Below the pieces are notes generated by a model. That model searched no databases and was not told the DNA's origin. It worked only from the letters and a program-made list of their open reading frames with translations. The position numbers were made by a program, and so were the translations under genes. This document shows, piece by piece, positions 46,501 to 53,571 of a stretch of DNA of 64,000 nucleotides (position 1 is the stretch's first letter; every line of letters starts with the position of its first letter). This DNA is from an uncultured Muribaculaceae bacterium (GTDB taxonomy: Bacteria; Pseudomonadota; Alphaproteobacteria; Rs-D84). The stretch is from assembly GCA_965231035.1 (NCBI GenBank), contig OZ246409.1, positions 257,222 to 321,221 of the forward strand, written 5' to 3'.

Positions 46501-48063
46501 ATGAAATTATACGGTTCAATTTTTACGACTTGTTTTTTGGCTACTGCCTTGGTGTTATCATATAACCCAGCAAACGCCGCGGTTGTTCAACGTGGATCTG
46601 TAACGGCGCGCGCTGCACCACGTGCAAATAATGCTATGCGTATTGCATCAACAACAACTACCAATGATACTGTTGAAGCAACAGATACAACAGTTGCGGA
46701 ACTCGAAACAACAGATACAGCAATTGCAGATGCAAATGTAATTGAAAACAAATCTTCTAAATTTGATTCTGTGTTGGGGGATGTTGGTTCAAATTCAATG
46801 GACGTTTCTGCAAAGTCACGCACACAAATGATAATGGATCAACGTGCTGCTTTGGATGCATCAGATACGCAATCCACCAGCAAAAAAGTTGTTACGACTG
46901 CGGGCAGCACTTGCGATACAAATTTGCGTAATTGTATGAAGCAAAAATGCAATAATGATTTTTCAAAATGTTCTGGGGACGGCGATACTGATTGGGGAAA
47001 CAAAATAAATTCTTGCCGTGCCACTTCAAATTGTTCCAGTGAAGAATTTAATTTATTCGCAGATGAAATCAAGGCAGACCGAGACTATAATTCAGAAATG
47101 GCAAATTATAATCAAACCATTGATTGCGGGAACAGATATAACAGCTGTATAATTTCGCAATGTGGTACAGATTTTTCAAAATGCCTTTCTAAATCTGTTG
47201 CAGATGCTGCGGTGTTGAATTGCACAAAAATCGCAACCGATTGTCAAAGTGCTGATAACGGTTTAACATCCAGGGCTCAAGAAGTTTTCGGTACACTTCG
47301 TAACAACGCCGTAACCCAGACAAAGAAAGATGAAGATCGCCTATATGAACTGCGCAATTTAATGACAGAACAGTGTAAAAGTTTCGGTGCTTCGTTTGAC
47401 GAACGCAGTTTGGATTGCGTATTCACAGTAAATCTGTTCGCAAATAATTCTAAAACACCAATGGCATCAAAAAAATTGTACGCCGGTGATACATTTGATT
47501 GTAACCAGGATTGGTTTGGTATTGATTTAACAACTTATAAAGAAAATGCTTATCGTTTAACACGTTCCCAGACGGCTGCATCATCCGCTATGTTGGGTGC
47601 AGGATTGGGTGTTGCCGCCGGTGCGATTTCATCGGGTGCAATCAGCCACGCAATTGATACACACAAGGCAGAAAAAGCATTAGACGCCGCAAAAGAAAAC
47701 TCGAATTCCTCAAGTAACAACGAATCAGGTTTATCATCAGTTGATGGAAGCAGCATGAATAAAACAAACACAGAAACTGAAACCTCTTCAAAAATTGATG
47801 TTGAAACAAACCGGGATCAGGTTTTAAAAGATAATGCTAAGATAACAGGAAATAACGCCGAAGCTATGGAAAATATGGATAAATCAAGACAAGATTATGA
47901 AACCGCCAAGAAAAACAATGATATGATTGGTATGGCAAATGCTGAAGCTAATATGCACGCAGAAGGAAGTAAAGTAAAAGAAATGGAACATATAGAGGTA
48001 TCTTCTACACCATCTGCACCAGAAAAAATAGATGCTTCAAAATTATTAGGTGGATCGAAATAA
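46501..48063 (+). CDS. Secreted cysteine-rich protein with a Gly-zipper hydrophobic segment; family relative
   Basis: CDTNLRNCMKQKCNNDFSKCSGDGD; CIISQCGTDFSKC; SAMLGAGLGVAAGAISSGAI. A 4-nt gap separates it from the upstream gene. Confidence 0.55.
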   Translation: MKLYGSIFTTCFLATALVLSYNPANAAVVQRGSVTARAAPRANNAMRIASTTTTNDTVEATDTTVAELETTDTAIADANVIENKSSKFDSVLGDVGSNSMDVSAKSRTQMIMDQRAALDASDTQSTSKKVVTTAGSTCDTNLRNCMKQKCNNDFSKCSGDGDTDWGNKINSCRATSNCSSEEFNLFADEIKADRDYNSEMANYNQTIDCGNRYNSCIISQCGTDFSKCLSKSVADAAVLNCTKIATDCQSADNGLTSRAQEVFGTLRNNAVTQTKKDEDRLYELRNLMTEQCKSFGASFDERSLDCVFTVNLFANNSKTPMASKKLYAGDTFDCNQDWFGIDLTTYKENAYRLTRSQTAASSAMLGAGLGVAAGAISSGAISHAIDTHKAEKALDAAKENSNSSSNNESGLSSVDGSSMNKTNTETETSSKIDVETNRDQVLKDNAKITGNNAEAMENMDKSRQDYETAKKNNDMIGMANAEANMHAEGSKVKEMEHIEVSSTPSAPEKIDASKLLGGSK

Positions 48064-48066
48064 AAA

Positions 48067-48663
48067 ATGAAAAAAGTATTAACAAGTATCTTTTCTATTC
48101 TTATATTAACGCCTGCAATCTCTACTGGTTTGTCAGACTACAAAAATTGTAAACTTAACATAGACTCAGAATATTCCAGAAAAGAACTTTCTTTAGAATC
48201 TCAACAGAAACTTGACACATGGATGAAAACGCCCCTAACAGAAGATAGAAAAGGTACATTTAATAGTATTTCATATTCTTGCCCAGCTGGGACACTTCCT
48301 AGCGACTGCTCCGGACAAGGAAAAGATATTTTAAAATCTCTATATGAAAAATATTTAAAACAAATGGAAATTGATGCTGCTGTGAAAGAAAAATGTACAA
48401 ACGACACTTCTATTCAGACAGATGTTAAAAAAACAGAAGTTGTGGAAAATTTAAAGAATACTGTTAAAGAGACCAATACTGAAAAAAATAGTAACTCAAA
48501 AGAAAGCTTCGGCAGCGGTATTAAGAATATGTTCAAATCCGACAAGAAAAAACTAGCAGAGGCAACTCAACAAGCAACAGATTCAGAAAAACAAGCATTA
48601 GAAGAATTTAACACATCTGTTCAAATTGCAAAATCTGAATTTGAAAGAAAACTTGGAATTTAA
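48067..48663 (+). CDS. Hypothetical exported protein
   Basis: Signal peptide MKKVLTSIFSILILTPAIST; K/E-rich. Confidence 0.4.
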   Translation: MKKVLTSIFSILILTPAISTGLSDYKNCKLNIDSEYSRKELSLESQQKLDTWMKTPLTEDRKGTFNSISYSCPAGTLPSDCSGQGKDILKSLYEKYLKQMEIDAAVKEKCTNDTSIQTDVKKTEVVENLKNTVKETNTEKNSNSKESFGSGIKNMFKSDKKKLAEATQQATDSEKQALEEFNTSVQIAKSEFERKLGI

Positions 48664-48675
48664 AGCGGCAATAAT

Positions 48676-50043
48676 ATGAAGAAACTACTTTTTGTATTTT
48701 TATTTTTACTTCCTGTTACTGCTTTTGCAGATGCTTTTGACGACGCTGTGGCAAAATATGAGTCTGATGTCAAAAATGCAACAAATATATTGAATAGTAA
48801 AATCACACAAAATACAAATCTTGTACAACTGTCCACAGATCAAGTAAACGATGATATGAAATCAACTGTCAGAACAGCTAAAAAGAAATTTAACAAACAG
48901 TTAAGTTCCCAAGAAAAAGAAGATGAACAAAAATATCAAGAAAAACAACAAGAAGTAAGTGAACAAACAGATGTTTCAAATTCCGCAAATTCATCAAATG
49001 TTACAAATCCTGATAAAATTGCCGAGCTTGAAGCCAATGCCAAGGCAATGAAAGATAAAGAAAACTCAACTGCAAATAAAATGCTGGGGGCGGCAGCCGT
49101 TGGCGCAACCGGAATTGGCGGCAGCCAATTGTTGCAAGGTCTGTCCGAAAAAAAATCAGACGATGCAGCCGAACGTGATATGAAAGCTTATCTGGCAACA
49201 TTTAAATGTGACTATGGTCAGGGACAAAATGTTAACGGTGGCGATAAATCAATCACCCTGCCCGGCGGAAATGTTTTAACATCTTATTACACAGAATATA
49301 AAACTCTGGCAGCTAATCTTAAAACTACGAAAACTGCTTTGGGATTAACACCTGGAATTGAATCTGAAACATTATTGGATAAATCAACCGCAGGGCTTTA
49401 TGACAATGAATCAACTGGCAAAAAATCTGGTGCTTTTGCCAGCGTATCTGATGCCTTGTCTGGGAATGCAGATGCTAAAGACGCTTGGAATGCCCAAAAA
49501 TCCGAAGCATCTAAAAAGGTCACAACTGGTATTGTTGCCGCCGGCGTTGGTATTGTTGGTGGCGCAGTTGGAAATATGTTGATAAATAAAGATTCCACCA
49601 AGGAAAGTTCAGATGTAAATTCTGATGATAAAAAAACAAATGATACAAGTTCTTCTGTGACTTCTTCTGATAAAAGCAATGAACAAAAAATATCTTCTGT
49701 TACAAATGATAATGTTTCTTTGGATAACACAGATAAAAAAACTAATACTTTTGAAGATTTAGACAAAAAATATAAAGACGCAGCAATCAAATTCAAAGAA
49801 GCAGACGAATTATATAATAAATTAGCTAATGAAAGTATGAAAAACGGTGGTGTTGTTACTGAAGAATTAGAAGATGCAAGAATTGCGCGCGACCAAGCAG
49901 AGAAAGACCTTGAAACTGCAAAAAGTGAAACTGTTACAGCCAATTCATCTATGAAAGAAATTCAAACTGGAAATAATACCTCTGATGATATCTCGAAACT
50001 ATCTAATAATTCTTCTACTTTGTCATTGCGAGGAATGAAATGA
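48676..50043 (+). CDS. Hypothetical exported protein with Gly-zipper segments; the last 9 codons and the stop are supplied by a repeat element
   Basis: Signal peptide; MLGAAAVGATGIGG and GIVAAGVGIVGGAVGNML. The C-terminus STLSLRGMK* is encoded by ttgtcattgcgaggaatgaaatga. Confidence 0.5.
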   Translation: MKKLLFVFLFLLPVTAFADAFDDAVAKYESDVKNATNILNSKITQNTNLVQLSTDQVNDDMKSTVRTAKKKFNKQLSSQEKEDEQKYQEKQQEVSEQTDVSNSANSSNVTNPDKIAELEANAKAMKDKENSTANKMLGAAAVGATGIGGSQLLQGLSEKKSDDAAERDMKAYLATFKCDYGQGQNVNGGDKSITLPGGNVLTSYYTEYKTLAANLKTTKTALGLTPGIESETLLDKSTAGLYDNESTGKKSGAFASVSDALSGNADAKDAWNAQKSEASKKVTTGIVAAGVGIVGGAVGNMLINKDSTKESSDVNSDDKKTNDTSSSVTSSDKSNEQKISSVTNDNVSLDNTDKKTNTFEDLDKKYKDAAIKFKEADELYNKLANESMKNGGVVTEELEDARIARDQAEKDLETAKSETVTANSSMKEIQTGNNTSDDISKLSNNSSTLSLRGMK

Positions 50044-50202
50044 TGTATTAACTGGATTGCCACGCTTCGCTCGCAATGACAAATTGTTGGGGTTAGTTAT
50101 AGTTCCAGTTTGTCATTGCGAGGAATAAAATGACGAAGCAATCCAGGTTGATAAAAGAAAAACATATTGACTGGATTGCCGTGCTTCGCTCGCAATGACA
50201 AA
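50019..50202. repeat. Cluster A of RPE-like hairpin repeats: two elements built from inverted units TTGTCATTGCGAGG...GACGAAGCAATCCAG and CTGGATTGCCrCGCTTCGCTCGCAATGACAA
   Basis: Units at about 50019-50033 plus 50052-50083, and 50109-50147 plus 50171-50202. Confidence 0.75.
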
Positions 50203-50208
50203 TCTAAA

Positions 50209-50237
50209 TTAAAAACCGCCCATTTGGGCGGTTTTTA
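50209..50237. terminator. Intrinsic terminator
   Basis: aaaaaCCGCCCAtttGGGCGGttttt. Confidence 0.45.
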
Positions 50238-50251
50238 ACTTTTATACCTTA

Positions 50252-52300
50252 TTATTGGCATGCGCCATAAGATACTGCAACTGGATGATTATCTACGCAA
50301 GTGCTGCCAGAAACAACACATGCTGTATTTACCAATTGTGTATTGGTTGAATTAACCGGTTTATAATTCAGCTGTGCTGCTGCGCACTGGTTCAAATCTT
50401 TCAGTGTTGCACAAGCATTCTTCCACGAAGTACAATCTGTCGCAGTTGCTGTTGGCATAATTGTATCTGGCAAACGCAGGTTCCATTTGACATAGAAGTC
50501 TTTTAACGAACCAATGCTATAAGATTTACCAAAGTCAACCTTTTGCAATCCGTCACCAACACGACAGTTAATGTTGTTCTTTTCAACAAAAGATGTGATT
50601 GCTGTTGCCAATCCACCTGCGGCGGCACCAGCACCGGCACCAATTGCAGTTGACGCCAACATGTTTGAATCCTCACCCTGCAATATTGTCAACTGATTCA
50701 TAACATTTCCCAGTTCTTTTACTTGTTTTCCAAATTCTTCACTATCAACGCAATTATTGTTATTCCCCGAACAATATGGTTTTATACCATTCTTTTTTGC
50801 AAGATTCAAGTTACTGAATGTCATGGCACATTTATCTGTCGATGTTATAACAGTATTATCATTAGAAAGTTTTTTTACCGTTATTTTAATACTTCTGGTT
50901 CCATCATCAGTCAGGTATTTTACCTTATCTTCTGTCAAACTATTATTCATTACTTCACGATCTTTATTATCCTTTGAAACTTTGTCAAGCATTGCTTTAC
51001 TAGTAGTTCCATCGAAAAGTATATCTTTTGCTGTTACATCTATATCTTCGGTATTAGTAATATTTATTGCTGAATTTGTTGTACCAGTTGTGCATGATTT
51101 CAATGCAACTTTTGCTGCTTGGTAATCACTGTAAAGTGTAACTATGGCTTCGCACTGATCGCCAATATATTCATTTACAATAATCTGGCTTTCAGAATCC
51201 AAGAATTGATTTAAAACAGCGACCTTGCCAGTTGCACGCAATTCCTTATCCAATTCTTTTACCTGATCTTTGTCTTTGCAGTTAAAGTTACGTTGACCAT
51301 GGCCGGCCAATGCACCGATACCTGCACCAACCAATGTACCACCACCAACACCAACGACTGATGTGGTCTTGGTCTTGGTCATCAAACCAAACCCAAACAT
51401 ATCTTTACCACAGTTAAAGCTGCTGCCTGCTGATTTCCAAACTTCGGCCGGTTGATCATTTCCAGCGGCACCAAATAACCAACTGTTTTTGATTTGTGAA
51501 TCTTTGTTGTACGCTGCAACACGAACCAAACATTCACCCTTGACCGCATCCCATCTGGCATAATGTCCACGTTGTGCATCAACAGTACCATTATTATTAA
51601 CCCTTACACCCTGAGGCATATCTTTGGTCAAAGATCCACCAGACTGACTGTTATAAGCACCAACAGTTTGGTTATATTCTTCTGTGACTTTTCCACCATT
51701 CGAAATCGCTGCAAAAGATGAACCATAAGTATTTTTATCCAACAACCAACATGTATTTTCTGCTTGGTTTGGTGTTAATCCTGTTTTGCGCAGAACAAAA
51801 GAATAATATTCAGGTTGAATCTTGCGAGAGTTATAGTCCCACCAAAAATCAGAAGAAGTAGCATAAACATTTTTGCAATTCTTACGAACGTCGCTGATAC
51901 ATTTATCCACCTGGGCATAACACAGACTCATTCCATTAAAGATAGAATTACGCAAATCTTCGTTGAACAAATCGTTTAACCCACCAGGAAGTGCACCGTT
52001 GTTAATACAAGAAGTAACATCGTTGATGCAATTTTCAACTGTATATTCAGAATTTGCAACACCACCATCTGGACACTTGGAAACTGTTGTTCCTGTATTC
52101 GTTGTAGTATTACCAGTCGCATTGCCAGGAAGAATTGACATTGTTGGCATACGTTGCTGACCTGCTGTATAGGCTGCCCCACGAACCGGTGCAACATTAT
52201 AACCCGCACGCCCTGTATCCGCTGCACCTGCAGAACCTAGAACAAAAACTGTACTTGCAGACACAATGGAAAACCCGAATTTCTTTAATAAATTGTGCAT
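50252..52300 (-). CDS. Large exported protein with Cys pairs and two Gly/Ala-zipper segments
   Basis: Signal peptide MHNLLKKFGFSIVSASTVFVLGSAGA; VGVGGGTLVGAGIGALAGHG; AIGAGAGAAAGGLATAITS. Confidence 0.45.
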   Translation of the reverse strand: MHNLLKKFGFSIVSASTVFVLGSAGAADTGRAGYNVAPVRGAAYTAGQQRMPTMSILPGNATGNTTTNTGTTVSKCPDGGVANSEYTVENCINDVTSCINNGALPGGLNDLFNEDLRNSIFNGMSLCYAQVDKCISDVRKNCKNVYATSSDFWWDYNSRKIQPEYYSFVLRKTGLTPNQAENTCWLLDKNTYGSSFAAISNGGKVTEEYNQTVGAYNSQSGGSLTKDMPQGVRVNNNGTVDAQRGHYARWDAVKGECLVRVAAYNKDSQIKNSWLFGAAGNDQPAEVWKSAGSSFNCGKDMFGFGLMTKTKTTSVVGVGGGTLVGAGIGALAGHGQRNFNCKDKDQVKELDKELRATGKVAVLNQFLDSESQIIVNEYIGDQCEAIVTLYSDYQAAKVALKSCTTGTTNSAINITNTEDIDVTAKDILFDGTTSKAMLDKVSKDNKDREVMNNSLTEDKVKYLTDDGTRSIKITVKKLSNDNTVITSTDKCAMTFSNLNLAKKNGIKPYCSGNNNNCVDSEEFGKQVKELGNVMNQLTILQGEDSNMLASTAIGAGAGAAAGGLATAITSFVEKNNINCRVGDGLQKVDFGKSYSIGSLKDFYVKWNLRLPDTIMPTATATDCTSWKNACATLKDLNQCAAAQLNYKPVNSTNTQLVNTACVVSGSTCVDNHPVAVSYGACQ

Positions 52301-52421
52301 TATTTCTCCCTTTAATTGTTTTAATTATAGCACCAAATACACTATAAAAAAAGTATTTTCTGTATAAAAAACAAATTAATATTCTGCGGTTTTAATATTT
52401 TTTACGTTTTAGTAGTAATAT

Positions 52422-52450
52422 TTGACAAATAAACAAAATTCGTCTATTAT
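52422..52450 (+). promoter_or_regulatory. Sigma-70-type promoter TTGACA-N17-TATTAT with the ATG only about 7 nt downstream; possibly leaderless
   Basis: The start of the track ORF coincides with the TTGACA box. Confidence 0.35.
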
Positions 52451-52457
52451 TAAATTG

Positions 52458-53384
52458 ATGAAAAAGCTGTCTGAGTTTTTAAAGACAAATGTGCTGGCAG
52501 TAAAGTGGACCTTTTGGTATTTTGCTGCGTTTTATGCTGTCCTGTCCTTTTTATTTGGATTTAATATATTTTCTGCAAATGATTGGATTATGATTACTCA
52601 TTCCAGATTGCGCGGACTACCTGGTTTTACTTTTGGAATTATTATGTTTTCAGCAATTCCTTTGTACATTGCGACTACTGCAACAATTATAAAAACGAAA
52701 AAACCTTTATTTAATTTCTTTACTGCAAAAAAAGAAGAACCTAAAAAAATAGCCGAAGAAAAAAAAGAAGTTTTCAAAGAAATTATTATTCAATTTCCAG
52801 AAAGAATGCCGACTGAATTACGTGGTGCGTTTATTCGTGCAAGACAACAAGCTGGTGTCAGACCAGAATCTGCCTTTGATATGAAAGACATAAAATCACA
52901 ACCAAAAGTGGCAATCGAAGAAAAAAAAGAAGAAACACCAGAATTTGGTTTACCATTGCCTGATAATTTTGATTTTACATCTGAAAACGAATCGCCTGCC
53001 GAATTACAGTTCAGTTCAACACCTGTGTTCAAAGAAATTAATTTTGGAGATTTTAATACAAAGAAAGATAGCAAATCACCATTGATTGAACATCTTGAAA
53101 GCAAAGGATATGAAATTGCTTTTGATGGTAATGTTGTAATCGCAAATAATTTTGCAATTGCGGTTCACGACGATTCGGATTTTTGGATTGCTGATAAAGA
53201 CAATTGGTTTGCAGCAGGCAAACAAAAAGAATCCCCCATATCCGAAGTTTTAATGGTATCTGAAAAACACGGTGTAAATGCGATGATTTATTTGGCGGAA
53301 AAAAATATTATGGATTTGGACAAACGAATTGCAGAATGGGAATTCAAAGGAGTCAAGGTTATTAAAAACCTGACTGAAATTTAA
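52458..53384 (+). CDS. Hypothetical membrane protein (3 N-terminal TM helices plus a cytoplasmic or periplasmic domain)
   Basis: MKKLSEFLKTNVLAVKWTFWYFAAFYAVLSFLFGF...; K/E-rich linker; C-terminal globular part. Confidence 0.4.
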   Translation: MKKLSEFLKTNVLAVKWTFWYFAAFYAVLSFLFGFNIFSANDWIMITHSRLRGLPGFTFGIIMFSAIPLYIATTATIIKTKKPLFNFFTAKKEEPKKIAEEKKEVFKEIIIQFPERMPTELRGAFIRARQQAGVRPESAFDMKDIKSQPKVAIEEKKEETPEFGLPLPDNFDFTSENESPAELQFSSTPVFKEINFGDFNTKKDSKSPLIEHLESKGYEIAFDGNVVIANNFAIAVHDDSDFWIADKDNWFAAGKQKESPISEVLMVSEKHGVNAMIYLAEKNIMDLDKRIAEWEFKGVKVIKNLTEI

Positions 53385-53398
53385 TTAGCTAATAAAAC

Positions 53399-53538
53399 TT
53401 GTCATTGCGAGGAGTGCAACGACGAAGCAATCCAGTGGATAAAAATGCAAAAGCATACTTACTGGATTGCCACGCTTCACTCGCAATGACAATCTGGTCT
53501 TATTTACTGGATTGCCGCGCTTCGCTCGCAATGACAAA
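53399..53538. repeat. Cluster B of RPE-like hairpin repeats (one full element plus one solo unit)
   Basis: 53399-53436 and 53462-53492 form a hairpin; a solo unit lies at 53507-53538. The units are the same as in cluster A. Confidence 0.75.
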
Positions 53539-53542
53539 GAAA

Positions 53543-53571
53543 TAAAAAATCCGCCAAGGCGGATTTTTTAT
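53543..53571. terminator. Bidirectional intrinsic terminator
   Basis: aaaaaATCCGCCaaGGCGGATtttttt. Confidence 0.5.

Noticed and set aside
52422-52457. N-terminal 12 codons of track ORF 52422..53384
   Set aside because: The TTG start coincides exactly with a consensus -35 TTGACA followed by a TATTAT -10, so it is promoter rather than coding.
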